Shown: positions 1-12,829 of the stretch, piece after piece
Numbering within the stretch: position 1 is the first letter of the stretch
Layout of the letters: every line of letters begins with the position of its first letter
DNA from: Mobula hypostoma
Taxonomy: Eukaryota
Reading direction: 5' to 3'
DNA length: 64,000 bases
Assembly: GCF_963921235.1 (NCBI RefSeq)
Contig: NC_086109.1
Coordinates: forward strand, 30,878,001 to 30,942,000
The notes under the pieces: model-generated
Database searches by the model: none
What the model was told of the DNA's origin: nothing
The model's input: the letters and a program-made list of their open reading frames with translations, nothing else
Position numbers and translations under genes: made by a program

Positions 1-1375
1 TGTCGGTGAGGCTGAATTTGAAGTATTAGGCTCAGTTTTGCTCAGCCTGTTATAGGAAAAATATTACTAAACTAGAAAGATTGCAGAAAAGACTTACCAG
101 AGTGTTGCCTGGATTTGGGAGCCTGAGTTACTAAGAGGTTGCATAGATAGGAGTCTTTTCCCTGTGTGACAAAAGACCAAGTTATCAGAAGATTGATGCC
201 GATAAGAGAGACAATGGAGAAACATTCAAAATGCTAATATGAGAGACGAGAGAGATTAACGAAAAGAGACACAGTTCTGAGTATTGTCAGACCGGTTGCT
301 TTGAACCTGAACTGTTTGAAGTTTGATAGACAGGCGATACCCCAGCAGGGGGATAAAAGGAACAGGTTCGCTAAAGCAAGACACACCACGACACCACGAG
401 ATAACGAGACCCTGGAAGTGCGGTGTGCCCCCCTACAAGTTGGTGGGAGTTTTGGAGGTCTGATCACAGGACCGACCATAGATGGACAGGGTGAAAAGGT
501 ACGATCGGCGGGAACCTGGTGTGTGTGTCCGCCCTTGCCTGGGTGCCGGGTTCACTGCAGAAGAACGATTGTATCCGGAACGAAGGGGTCACAGTTGGTG
601 ACCTCAGAAGACATTACAAAGGGCTCGCCCGAAAGCTAACTGTGAGGAATATCAAAGGTCTGTTGAATCCGATTTGAATATCATAATTCGCTCTCTCTCT
701 CTCTCTCTCTCTCTCTCCCCAACAGCACAACAGTGATTACTGCAAACTGAACTAAACTGAACTGAACTCTGCGTCACTTGAGACTGATCATTTTACCCCT
801 AGACTGCGATAGAGCTTGATTGATCCTATTATCCTAGTTCTGTGTACATGTGTGTTTTATCATTGCTAACCTGTTGCATTTATATCCTTACTATTAGAGT
901 ACTGTGTTACTTATTTCTTTAATAAAACTTTCTTAGTTCCAGTAATCCAGACTCCAACTAAGTGGTCCATTTCTGCTGGTTTGGCAACCCAGTTACGGGG
1001 TACGTAACATCTGGAACATAGAAGATTGAGACATGACTTGATATAATGAAGGGCATAAAGAGAGTTAATTATTTTCCCAGGGAGGGATGCTAAAAACAAG
1101 AAGACATAAGTTTAAGACCAGAAGTGAGAGCTTTAGAAGGGACGTTAGAGGCAGCTTCTTTATACAAAGAGTGGTGCATATTTAGACTGAACTGCTAGAA
1201 CTGGTGGTTGAGCCGGACACATTAGTAGCATTTAAAAGACATTTAGATAAAAACATGGATAGGAGAAGCTTAGAGGGCTATGGCAGATGGGACCAGTTTG
1301 CTGGACAACACAGTCGGCATTGACAAGTTGGGTCAAAGGGCCTTTTTTCCCTACTGTATGACTCTCTGATTCTGA
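1..1375 (+). mobile_element. CR1 LINE 3' fragment interrupted by a solo LTR
   Basis: Degenerate LVRxxLxYxxQF...RKxIxKLERxQKRxTRxLPG before 164. It resumes at 1010 (ctg gaa cat aga aga ttg aga cat gac ttg ata = LEHRRLRHDLI) and ends in a CR1-type 3' UTR. Confidence 0.85.
165..1009 (+). mobile_element. Solo LTR (Gypsy- or ERV-type), 845 bp
   Basis: Ends TGTGAC...GTAACA, with 4-bp TSD cctg/tctg (one mismatch) and AATAAA near 921. Most of its length is homologous to 26371-27233. Confidence 0.9.
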
Positions 1376-2329
1376 GATTGGAGTTAAACTATAGATATCG
1401 CACAAAATCAATTTGGGAGAGTTAATCTGCAAGAGGGTTTGAAAAGGAGAATTTAAAGGAGTAAGAGAGATAACAATGGAAGGAATACATCTGGTCATGG
1501 GAAAAGCACAGAGAAAAGGTAGGGAAACGGAGAAACAGGATCAACATCTAAAATTAGCAAAATAAAAACATGATGGACAACAAAGAAAAACGAACCAAGC
1601 TTTTATGCTGATGTATATTTGAAGGCAAAAATGCAGAAGTGATGCCTTCAATCTAAATTATCAAAGGTAAGGAATAGGCATAACACAGATGGATTTATAA
1701 TACCTACAATTTGATGGTTCTTTCATCTTACTAAAATTCATGGAGCAGTAACTTCAACATTACCAACATTAATGCTGATTTATAAGGAGCATATACACCT
1801 CTCAATGTCACATAAAGCTAAATTTGCTTTACACTGAAATATAAATTAAGTGCCAAATACTGCCTCCCAAGTGAAGTACAATGAAACTGTTTCCTCTGGA
1901 GAGCAGTTCTCAGATTCACTGTAGTGTTTGGTCAGGTCCTAAGGCCAGACTGAGGCTATAATTACTCTGTAACAGCAAGATATGCATCAATCCAAACTAC
2001 TTTGTTCTGACACAGTTGTGTGCATAGTCCTCTGACAGAAGATGCAATTTGTGAATCAAACCTGTTAACTTGTGAACATTTTCATACCCTGAGAAAAATG
2101 CGATACATGGTTTGGCTTAGAACTGTGCAAAGGATATTGCTGAGCTGAAATATTGGCTGCATAACTAGATGTTTTGAAATGGAGATGCAATGCTCAGCTC
2201 AACATAAATTGAGCATATCTTGTTGCCTTCGGTGTGTTTCCCACATCTAGAGGAAGAAAATTGTTCCCTGCTGTAGATTTTGTTCACTACAACTTAGTGA
2301 ATGATGGGAGCCAGCTTCTGTGCTGGAAG

Positions 2330-2570
2330 ATGCACGGTAGCATTGTGGTGAGCACAACACTTTACAGTACCAGCGACCCAGGTTCGATTCCTGCTGCTGT
2401 GTGTAAGGAGTTTGTACATTCTCCCAATGACTAAGTCTATCGCCACATTACAAAGATGTACTGGTTAGTAGGTTAATTGGTCGTTGTAAATTGTCCTGTG
2501 ATTAGGCGAGGATAAAATTGGGGCTTGTTGGGCCATGTGGCTCAAAGGGCCTATTCCATTATGTTTCTTA
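2330..2570 (+). mobile_element. tRNA-derived SINE (HE1/V-SINE-like)
   Basis: A-box-like ggtagcattgtgg, B-box ggttcgattcc, body tgtaaggagtttgtacattctccc and a CR1-like tail gggcctattcc. Confidence 0.8.
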
Positions 2571-3587
2571 AAAATAATAACATACTTCTTTCAGTTTTTC
2601 AACAGAGTGGTATATTAATTCAGATTTAAGATTAATATTGATAGGCAGCCAGGACTGAATAAAGAATTCATTAAATTGCTGTAGTTGAACTTTCCTCTGT
2701 GACAAATAAGGTTGAGGAAAGTTTAGCACGTAGTTAAAAGCAATGTGATTGATAGCATTACGTAACGATTGGTGGGTATTCACTCTCTTTACATTTGCCA
2801 ACAAGAATGCAGCAGGTGATCAAATGTGCAGCTGAAATTAAAAGAAAGATGGCTCAACTCTTGATGCCAATTAGTCTGTAAGTAAATGGAAAGCTGGTTT
2901 TGAGTTACTGAGATTGTAATAAGGAGGAGAGAGAGAGAGTGGGGCTGCTTCAGAGAGCTATACAGAAAAGGAGGTAACATGTGAAATAAATCACTCCTTC
3001 CCAGAGTATTGCAAACACAGCTGAGTATGGCACCTCTTTCAATTCGCCTCAAGCTGTGCAGGTCAAAGGTGACAGAAAGTTTCTTCACCCAGGGGTGAGA
3101 GAGTCTTTGGACTTCTCCATTAATGAGGGCACTTGGAACCTAAGTTTACTTAAGATGGGAGTATCAATCTGTTCAAGGAGTATCTCTGGGAGGAAAGGAG
3201 GTGCTAGCATTTTGCTTGAAACCCTGCATCAGAACTGTTCCTTTCCCACACCCAACATATGCTGTTCCTCCAGTAGCTTATTCAAGATAAGAATTGATAG
3301 AAATTCAGGGATTAGTGCATGATAGTGGTACTAGGGGTAAATTCAAAATTTAACTGATTGGACTGTGATTTATATTGGTTATTGGTCTCCTTCAGTTTTT
3401 TTGCATTTTCTTTTTTGTGGCCAATTGACGGGTGGGTGATCTGTGAGTGAGGGAGGGGAGGGCTTTTTTGATGCTACTGTCGCTGTTCTTTTTAGTGAGT
3501 GAGGGGGTTGAGGATTGTTATGGTCAATATTTTTTTCTGCTGGGAGGGGTTGGGGATGTGTTGCCATTGTCACTTTTTTTTCTTCTG

Positions 3588-5520
3588 CGGGTGCTGAGGG
3601 CAATACAGAGGGACCTGAAAGCCAGGATCAGGGAGGCTAAAGACAGGTACAGGAGGAAGCTTCAGTGGAAACTCCAGCAGAACAACATGAGAGAGGTCTG
3701 GAGGGGGATGAGGACCATCACTGGGTTCCGGCAAACTAGCAACAGAGGAGCGGAAGGCAGTGTGGACAGGGCCAATGAGCTTAACCTGTTCTTTAACAGA
3801 TTTGACAGTGTGGCCCCTGCCCATCCCACACATGAGCCATCTGTTGTCGGCCCCCAACCAACACATATTCCACTCTCCCCTCCTACCCCTCCTCACAGTC
3901 CCCCACCCTGCTCTCATGACTATATCCCTTTCCCACACGAAACCACCACGGTGGGCTTCACAGCTGAACAGGTGAGAAGACAGCTGAAACGTCTCAACCC
4001 AAGCAAGGCTACAGGAGCGGATGGTGTCAGTACCAGGGTGCTCAAAGCCTGTGCCCCTCAGCTATGTGGAGTACTTCGCCTTGTATTCAACCTGAGCCTG
4101 AGGCTCCGGAGGGTTCCTGTACTGTGGAAGACGTCCTGCCTCGTCCCTGTGCTGAAGATGCCGCCCCCCAGCGGCCTCAGTGACTACAGACTGGTGGCAT
4201 TGACCTCCCACATCATGAAGACCCTGGAGAGACTTGTTCTGGAGCTGCTCCGGCCTATGGTCAGGCCACACTTAGATCCCCTCCAGTTCACCTACCAGCC
4301 CCGGCTAGGAGTTGAGGATGCCATCGTCTACCTGCTGAACCGTGTCTACGCCCACCTGGACAAGCCAGTGAGCACCGTGAGGGTCATGTTTTTTGACTTC
4401 TCCAGTGCGTTCAACACCATCCGCCCTGCTCTGCTGGGGGAGAAGCTGACAGTGATGCAAGAGGATGCTTCCCTGGTATCATGGATTCTTGATTATCTGA
4501 CTGGTAGACCACAGTACGTGTGCTTGCAACACTGTGTGTCTGACAGAGTGATCAGCAGCACTGGGGCTCCACAGGGGACTGTCTTCTCTCCTGTTCTCTT
4601 CACCATTTACACCTCGGACTTCAACTACTGCGCAGAGTCTTGTCATCTTCAGAAGTTTTTGGATGACTCTGCCATAGTTGGATGCATCAGCAAGGGAGAT
4701 GAGGCTGAGTACAGGGCTACGGTGGGAAACTTTGTCACATGGTGTGAGCAGAATTATCTGCAGCTTAATGTGAAAAGACTAAGGAGCTGGTGGTAGACCT
4801 GAGGAGAGCTAAGGTACCGGTGACCACTGTTTCCATCCAGGGGGTCAGTGTGGACTTGGTGGAGGATTACAAATACCTGGTGATACGAATTGACAATAAA
4901 CTGGACTAGTCAAAGAACACTGAGGCTGTCTACAAGAAGGGTCAGAGCCATCTCTATTTCCTGAAGAGACTGAGGTCCTTTAACATCTGCCAGACGATGC
5001 TGAGGATGTTCTACGAGTCCGTGGTTGCCAATGCTATCCTGTTTGCTGTTGTGTGCTGGGCAGCAGGCTGAGTGTAGCAAACACCAATAGAATCAACAGA
5101 CTCATTCGTAAGGCCAGTGATGTTGTGGTGATTGAACTGGACTCTCTGACGGTGGTGTCTGAAAAGAGGATGCTGTCTAAGTTGCATGCCATCTTGGTCA
5201 ATGTCTCCCATCCACTACATAATGTACTGGGTGGGCACAGGAGTGCATTCAGCCAGAGACTCATTCCTCCGAGATGCAGCACAGAGCGTCATAGGAAGTC
5301 ATTCCTGCCTGTGGCCATCAAACTTTACAACTCCTCCCTTGGAGGGTCAGACACCCTGAGCCAATAGGCTGGTCCTGGACTTATTTCATAATTTACTGGC
5401 ATAATTTACATATTACTATTTAACTATTTATGGTTCTATTACTATTTATTATTTATGATACAACTGTAACGAAAACCAATTTCCCCTGGGATTAATAAAG
5501 TATGTCTATGACTCTGACTA
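3588..5520 (+). mobile_element. Rex1/Babar LINE, 5'-truncated and young; RT ORF nearly intact
   Basis: ORF 3447-4796 contains RT motifs LDPLQFTY, FFDFSSAFNTI, GAPQGTV and QKFLDDS. There is a frameshift near 4775, a stop near 4907 and another frameshift near 5060. The C-terminus PRCSTERHRKSFLPVAIKLYN is followed by a 3' UTR with aataaagtat and a gactat-type tail. Confidence 0.92.
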
Positions 5521-5899
5521 TTTGACAATAGAATGAACCTTGGAAACTTTGAACAAAAACAAAAGAAAAGTCCATGTTATTGAATAGAAGAACAGGTGGG
5601 ATATTCTGACTCTTATTTCTTATGTTGTTTATTTGCCTGGCTTCAATCATCTACTAATGTTTCATGCCATAGGGAAATTTGTTAAGGGCTGACTCTCATC
5701 ACTTCAGTGGTGTGTTGAAGTGAGCTCTGCAAATAGGAAATACACAGGAGCAGACCATCTCAATGCGTAACTGTGTGCTAAACTTCACTGCATAAAATTT
5801 AAGTTCCACTTCATTCAACTGTAGTCTCTGTAAGGAGATCTAAATGCATGCAAGTACTAAGGTGTCAGGGTCTGAATTCTAATTTCAAAGCATAAAGCT

Positions 5900-6050
5900 T
5901 ACTCTGCAACAGATGTAAAATGCTGCAGGAACTCAACAAGTCAGGCAGCTTCCATGCGGGTGAAACAGTCAGTGTTTTGGGCTCAGATCCTTCATCAGAA
6001 CTCCAGGATTGTTGCACAAGATTTCCAGCATCTGCAAAGTCTCTTGAGTT
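5900..6050. mobile_element. Penelope-derived short element with inverted arm
   Basis: aaaatgctgcaggaactcaacaagtcaggcagc...gggctcagatccttcatcag matches the terminus of the GIY-YIG element at 40980-41110. It is followed by an inverted arm ttccagcatctgca. Confidence 0.7.
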
Positions 6051-6073
6051 TTTAGTTTACTTCTTCAGATATT

Positions 6074-6583
6074 TACACTCATGCCACAGATTATATGTTC
6101 ATGGTCTTCTTCTGTAGCCCATCCACTTCAGAGATGCTCTTCTGCACACCACTGTTGTAACATGTGGTTATTTGATCAACATTGCCTTCCTGTCAGCTTG
6201 AAACAGTCTTGTCATGTTCCTCTGACCTCACTCATTAAAAAGGCATTTTTGCCCACAGAATTTCTGTGCTTTGGATGCTGTTTTCTTTGTTTCTTGTACC
6301 ATTCTCTGTAAACTCTAGAGATGGGTGTGCATGAAAATCCCAGATCATCAACAGTTTCTGAGATACTCAAACTACTCGTAAGACACCAACAATCATTTCA
6401 TGGTCAAAGTCACTTAGATCTCATTTCTTCGCTATTCTGATGTTTGGTCTGAACAACAAATGAACCTCCTGACCATGTCTGTGTGATTTTATGCATTAAG
6501 TTGCTGCCACATGATGAATGATTATATATTTGCATCAACAAGCAGGTGTGCAGGTGCACCTAATAAAGTGGCCACTGATTGTA
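6074..6583. mobile_element. Non-autonomous Tc1-type element
   Basis: Right end gtgcacctaataaagtggccactgattgTA. The internal sequence is shared with 21059-21545 and 63672-63780. Confidence 0.75.
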
Positions 6584-6699
6584 TGTCTTATTTGTCAAGA
6601 ACACTAATAGACGGTTTGTTTGATTTTTATTCTGTCTCCTGATTCAGCTCTTAATTTAGGTTTTTATTTATTTAATTTCTGACTAGTATGCATCTAGAT

Positions 6700-6778
6700 C
6701 AGCCATCCCCAACCATTTTTATGCCATAGACCAATACCATAAAGCAAGAGGTCCGTGGACCCTGGTTGGGTACCGCTG
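6700..6778. mobile_element. hAT-type MITE (~80 bp)
   Basis: Degenerate TIRs cagccatccccaacc / ggttgggtaccgctg. Same family as 50035-50093. Confidence 0.65.
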
Positions 6779-6780
6779 AT

Positions 6781-7575
6781 TCAAAGGTTTCAAAAGTACA
6801 TTTAATGTCAGGGAAATGTATAGAATTTACATCCTGAAATGCTGCTTCTTCACAACCAACCACAAAAACAGAGGAGTGCCCCCAAAGAATGGATGACAGT
6901 TAAATGTTAGAACCCCAATGTCCCCCCCCCCAGCTTCCCACCCTCCCACGCATAAGTGGTAGCAAGCAACAATCCCCCCTCCCCCCACTGGCAAATAATG
7001 CATTGGCACCCCCGCTGAAAGCGTAAGCAAGGCAACAGCAAAGACACTGAATTTCAGTACACCAAAGACTACATTGTTCACCCGGCATTCAACATACCAC
7101 AGGCTCTGTCTCTCCTTAATAAGGGAAAAAGAGATGTCTCCGATTCACAGCCAGAGGAGACATAAACAACTCGCAGGTTTATGATGTTAAAAGTCGGTTG
7201 CGTCACTTTTTCCGAGCTCTGTGCCCAAAGATCTCAGGTCTCTGGGCACACAGCCAGAGATCTTCCATCTCCAGCAACATGCCAATCTCCTGCAGAGGCA
7301 CAGACCTCCGAGTTCACCCCACCCCCCAACTTCTCCACAGCCACAAAACCCCAGGCCCCTTAGATCAAGCCCTTGGCGCGCCGAACAACAGCCAGTTGTG
7401 AAAACCTGAGGGTGGGTCCCGTTCACGCAAAGATTCGTAGTCAGTGTGTAACTCCAGGTCAGGGTCTTCAAAAGAACCTTGAAAGGGAAAAATGGAGATA
7501 TTAAAGATGGAAATAGAGCTGTTTCCAAAGATGCAAGCAAAGGAGTGGCCATTAGGTGCCAGTAACCCTCCTAAG
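6781..7575 (-). mobile_element. Non-coding non-autonomous retroposon (~800 bp)
   Basis: The minus strand ends ...gacattaaatgtacttttgaaacctttga. It is closely similar to 34355-34925 and has no credible ORF. Confidence 0.7.
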
Positions 7576-7949
7576 CACCGCCTTCTGTGATCTCAATTCT
7601 TTTACTTTGCTAATCTTGAGTATGTTTATTAATATTCAGCAGTTGCTTGGTTAAATATCCACTTTTGGTGCATGCAATATAATTGATTGCAGTTTTCATC
7701 TATTTTGTGCGTTAATCATCCCTGGTGCCGCACACACACACTTTCAAATTTCTGGTGTTAATGATAATTAGAAATTAAAGTCAAGAGGTTATAAGCAGTT
7801 TATCTGATCCTTGCTGCTCTATATTCAATGTATTTCTTTATAAGGACTTTGTCCATTTGGCCCTAGCTGTTCTCTATCCATTTTACATAGCTACATTACT
7901 GAAAATTGAAAGGCTATTTTGGACCCACAAATTCAGACCACATCTAACT

Positions 7950-8062
7950 TATTTATTTAACGGTGGGGCACCATAACCTGCCTTTCCGGCCCAACGAGCC
8001 CATGCCACCCAATTACACCCATCTGACCAATTAACTCCCTAACCCATATGTCTTTAGAAAAT
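7950..8062 (-). mobile_element. HE1-like SINE 3' fragment
   Basis: cctttccggcccaacgagcccatgccacccaattacacccatctgaccaattaa resembles the SINEs at 28505 and 54425. Confidence 0.65.
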
Positions 8063-8309
8063 TCAGTCTACCATTTAATGAGATATGAGACTTTGATCTT
8101 GATAGGGCAACCAGTTTCACTACCATAGAGACAATGGTTATTTGAATGAGTTAACCAACATAATTGCAAGAGTTGGATCACTTCATTATTCAACTGCATA
8201 GTCCTACATAATCCACAAATGAGAATCCTGACATTAAATCCATTCAGAATTAAATTCAGTATTATCAAACAGTTCAATTTTTACTGTAACTGATGCTTCA
8301 CACATTAAA

Positions 8310-8630
8310 AGACCGTAAGACATAGGCCCATCAAGTCTGCTCTGCCATTCCATCATGGCTGACTTATTGTCTGTCTGAACCCCTTACTCCTGCCTTCTCC
8401 CCTTATTAACCAGGAACCTATCAACCTCTGCTATAAATATATGCAATGACTTAGCTTCCACAGCTGTCTGTGGCAATGAATTCCACAGTTCCACCACCCT
8501 ATGACAAAATAAATTCCTCCTCATCTCTGTTCTAAAGGGAGGTATTTGAATTCTGAAACTGTGCCCTCTGGTTTTAGACTTTCCCACTATTGGAATCATC
8601 CTCTCTACATCCACTCCATCTAGGCCTAAT
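8310..8630 (-). mobile_element. CR1 LINE 3' fragment
   Basis: ORF 8384-8614 contains TRGHS...RVVELWNSLPQ. Confidence 0.85.
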
Positions 8631-9339
8631 GATACACCTCATCTTGAATCTATTTTTTTCTATAAACTGTAACATCGCGGAATATTACCTAGCCTTTATA
8701 GATGGCTTAAATAATTAACTTGGATTTATATTTAAGTTTTATTTGTAATGATTGCAAGAGCCACTATCCATTGTAATTAAAAATTAGTTGCTCATACAAT
8801 TTTAGGGAGTATTTTCTTCTTCTTTGGCATTCTCTCAGAATGAAGAACGACTTGTGTCTGTCTGGTCCTGTAATGTCTAAAGTGGTTAAAGAGTCCATTG
8901 TGGGAGTCACATATTGTGCCACATAAGACTATTGGAACTTAATATATAGGAGCAGAATTAGACCATTTTCCTCTCAGCTCCAATCTCCTGCCCCATATCC
9001 CTTCACGTCCTGCTCAATCAAGTATCTGTCAACCTCTGCCTTAAACATACATAAAGACTTGGCCGCCACAGCTGCCTGTGGTAAAGAATTCCACAGGTTC
9101 ACCACTCTCTGCCTGAAGATATTTCTCCTCATCTCTGTTCTAAGAGGACATCTCTCTATTCTGAGGCTGTCTCCTTTGGTCTTAGACTCTCCCATCATAG
9201 GAATCTTCCTCTCCACATACAATCTATAAAGGCCTTTCACAATCTAGTAGGTTTCAATGAGGTTTTAGCACATTCTTTCTAAAATAAGGGGCCCAAAACT
9301 GCTCACAATACTCAAAGTGATGTCTCACATAGTAGTAGT

Positions 9340-9525
9340 TGTCATAGTCATACTTTATTGATCCCGGGGGAAATTGGTTTTTGTTACAGTTGCACCATAA
9401 ATAATAAATAGAAATAGTAATAGTAATATTACTATTAGTAAATAGTAAATAGTAATAGTCATGGAAATAATAACTAGTAATAGAATAGTAATAAATAGTT
9501 AATTAGTTAACTATTAATAGTTAAG
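9340..9525 (-). mobile_element. Rex1 3' UTR fragment inserted into CR1
   Basis: gtcatagtcatactttattgatcccgggggaaattggtttttgttacagttg is the reverse complement of the Rex1 tail at 5460-5515, followed by an expanded aatagt low-complexity run. Confidence 0.85.
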
Positions 9526-10334
9526 TAGTGACCAGTGCTTTATAAAGTCTCAAAATTACATTCCTGCTTTTATATGCTAGCCCTCTTGAAATGAATGCTA
9601 ATATCACACTTGCCTTCCTCACCACTAACTCAACTTGCAAATTAACCCTTAGGGAATCCTGCACAAGGATTCCCAAGTCCCTTTGCACCTCAGATTTTTG
9701 TATTTTTTTCTCCATTTAGAAAATAATCTACCCTTTCAATTCTACTACCAATGGAAATAACCATACACTTCCTGACACTAAATTCCATCTGCCTCTTTGC
9801 CCATTCTCCTAATCTGTCTAAGTCTCTCTGTAGCTTCTGTATTTCCTCAAAACTACCTTCCCCACAACCTATCTTCGTATGAAGTGCAGACTTTGCAACA
9901 AAGCCATCAATCCCGTCATCCATTCTTTATTGTCACTCTTTGCTTCCTGCCGATCAGCCAATGCTCTATCCATGCGAGTATCTTTCCTGTAATACCATGA
10001 GCTTTTAACCTGTTATGCAGCCTCATGTGTGGCACCTTGTCAAAGGCGTTCTAAGAATGCAAATACACAACATCAACCGATTCTCCTTTGTCTATCCTGC
10101 TTGTTATTTCTTCAAAGAATTCCAACAGACTTGTCAGGCAGGATTTTTCCACGAGGAAACCATGCTGACAGTGACCTATTTGATCATGTGCCTCCAAATA
10201 CGTTGAGACCTCAACCTTAATAATAGATCGCAACATCTTCCTAAGCACTAGGTCAGATTAACTGGCCTGTAGTTTCCATACTTCTGCCTCTCTCCCTTCT
10301 TGAAGAGTGAAGTGATATTTTCAATTTTCCAGTC

Positions 10335-11760
10335 AATAGACAATAGGTGCAGGAGTAGGCCATTCGGCCCAAATAATAAAGTCTCATATTAGTGTCCAAT
10401 CCCTTAATAATCTTATGTTTCAATCAGATTCTCTCTCATCCTTCTAAATTCCAGCGTATACAAGCCCAGTCGCTCCAATCTTTCAACATATGACATTCCT
10501 GTCATCCCTGGAATTAACCCAGTGAACCAATGCTGCACTCCCTCCATAGCAAGAATGTCCTTCCTCAAATTTGGAGACCAAAACTGCACACAGTACTCCA
10601 GGTGGGGTCACACCAGGGCTCTGTACAACTGCAGAAGGACCCCTTTTCTTCTATACTCAACTCCCCTTGTTATGAAGGCCAACATGCCATTAGATTTCTT
10701 CACTGCCTGCTGTACCTGTATGCTTACTTTCAGTGACTGATGAACAAGGACACCCAGATCTCATTGTACTTCCCCCTTTCCTAACTTGATGCCATTCAGA
10801 TAGTAATCTGCCTTCCTGTTCTGGCCCCAAAGTGGATAACCTCTCATTTATCCACATTAAACTGCATCTGCCATGCATCTACCCACTCACCCAACCTGTC
10901 CAAGTCACCCTGAATTCTTATAACATCCTCCTCACATTTCACACTATCACCCAGCTTTGTGTCATCTGCAAAATGCTAATGTTACTTTTAATCCCTTCAT
11001 CCAAATCATTAATGTATATTGTAAATAGCTGCGGTCCCAGCAGCGAGCCTTGCGGTACTCCACTAGTCACTGCCTGCCATTCTTAAAAGGACCCGTTAAT
11101 CCCGTTAATCCCTACTCTTTGTTTCCTGTCTGCCAACCAATTTTCTATCCATGTCTGTACTCTAACCCCAATACCATGTGCTCTATTTTTGCCCACTAAC
11201 CTCCTACGTGGGACCTTATCAAAGGCTTTCTGGAAGCCCAGGTACACTACATCCACTGGCTTTCCCATGTCCATTTTCATAGTTACATCCTCAAAAAATT
11301 CCAGTAGATTAGTCAAGCATGATTTCCTCTTCGTAAATCCATGCTGACCATACCTATCCTGCTACTGCTATCCAAATATACCGCTATTTCATCTTTTATA
11401 ATTGACTCCAGCATCTTCCCCACCACTGATGTCAGACTAACTGGTCTATAATTGCTTGTTTTCTCTTTCACTCTTTTCTTAAAAAGTAGGATAACATTAG
11501 CTACCCTCCAATCCGTAGGAACTGATCCGGAATCTATAGAATATTGGAAAATGATTACCAATGCATCCACGATTTCTAGAGCCACCTCCCTAAGTACCAT
11601 GGAATGCAGACCATCTGGCCCTGGGGATTCATCAGCCTTCAGTCCCATCAGTTTACCCAACACCATTTTCTGCCTAATGCGAATTTCCTTCAGTTCCTCC
11701 ATTACCCTAGGTCCTCTGGCCACTATTACATCTGGGAGATTGTTTGTGTCTTCCCTAGTC
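10335..11760 (-). mobile_element. Younger CR1 LINE (5'-truncated) nested in CR1
   Basis: ORFs 11313-11771 (SPGPDGLH, NYRPVSLTSVVGK) and 11083-11316 (FQKAFDKVP). The tail caatagacaatagg is at 10334. Both junctions share agtc. Confidence 0.88.
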
Positions 11761-12829
11761 TTCCAGATCAATTCCAGAATCTAGTTATTTTTGCAAGATC
11801 ATTACTAATGGTTCCACAATCTCTTCAGCCACCTCATACAAAACTCTGGGGTGTACACCATCTGGTCCAGGTGACTTGTCGACCTTCAGCTCTTTCACTT
11901 TCCCAAGAACCTTCTGTCTAGTAATGATAACTTCATACACTTTACGACCCTGTCACCTGGAACTTCTGCCATTCTGCTAGTGTTTTCCACAATGAACTCT
12001 GATGCAAGGTTTGTCCTCAATTTCCTTGTCTCTTATTACTACCTCTATAGCATTGTTTTCCACTTTTGCCTGTCTTTTACACTTTATGTATCTGAAGAAA
12101 TGTTCGTACACTCTTTAATATTATTGTTCATCTTACCTTTGTATTCTCAATCCTCTAACCCCACTAAATTTTGCTCTATTATATGCCTTCTCTTTAGCTT
12201 TTCTGTTGGCTTTGATTTCCCTTGTTGGCCATGGTTGTGTCATCTTTCCATTAGAATACTTCCAGAAATTCCAGCCATTGCTGCTCTGCTGTCATCCCTG
12301 CCAGTATTCTTTTCCAATCAATTCTGTCCAGCTGCTCTCTCATGCCTCTGCAACTACCTTAACCCCACTATAGTACTAATACATCTGACTTTAGCTTCTC
12401 CTTTTCTAAATTCAGGGTGAATTCAATTATATTGTGATTAGTCCCTCCTGAGGATACTTTTCCCTTAAGCTCTCTAATCAATTCTGGTTCTTTGGAGGAC
12501 ACACAATCCAGAATAGCTGATCTCTTAGTGGGCTGAACCAAGAGCTGCTCTAAAAAGCCAGCTCATAGACAGTCTAAAAATCCCCCCTCTTGGAATCCAG
12601 AACTGACTTGATTTTACCAATCTCCATATTGAAATCCCCAATGACTATTGTAACACTGTCCTTTTGGAATGCATCTTCTATCTCCTGTTGTGATATGTAG
12701 ACCACATCCTTACTACTATTTGGGTCTGTTTCAACAGGGTCTTTTTTTACCCCTGTGATTCCTTATTTCTATCCACAATGATTCAACACGTTCCAACCTT
12801 TTCACTTCTTTCTAAAGGAAACGACACTT

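Larger units (their letters stand above)
8940..12820 (-). mobile_element. CR1 LINE (ORF2 EN+RT pseudogene) hosting a Rex1 tail and a second CR1
   Basis: Minus-strand fragments RVVNLWNSLP, QRDLGILV, QHGFLVEKSCLTSLLEFFEE and VDVVYL. The outer frame rejoins across 10334/11761 (ttttccagtc|ttccagatc). EN-domain remnants extend to about 12820. Confidence 0.88.

Noticed and set aside
301..639. 112-aa ORF with a similar ORF at 26551-26829
   Set aside because: Both lie within homologous LTRs, use non-ATG starts and shift frame relative to each other. The similarity is at DNA level only.
3447..3590. Hydrophobic, signal-peptide-like N-terminus fused in frame to the Rex1 RT
   Set aside because: The ORF starts at GTG inside an unrelated T/G-rich repeat. 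It is chance read-through into a 5'-truncated LINE, not a domesticated gene.
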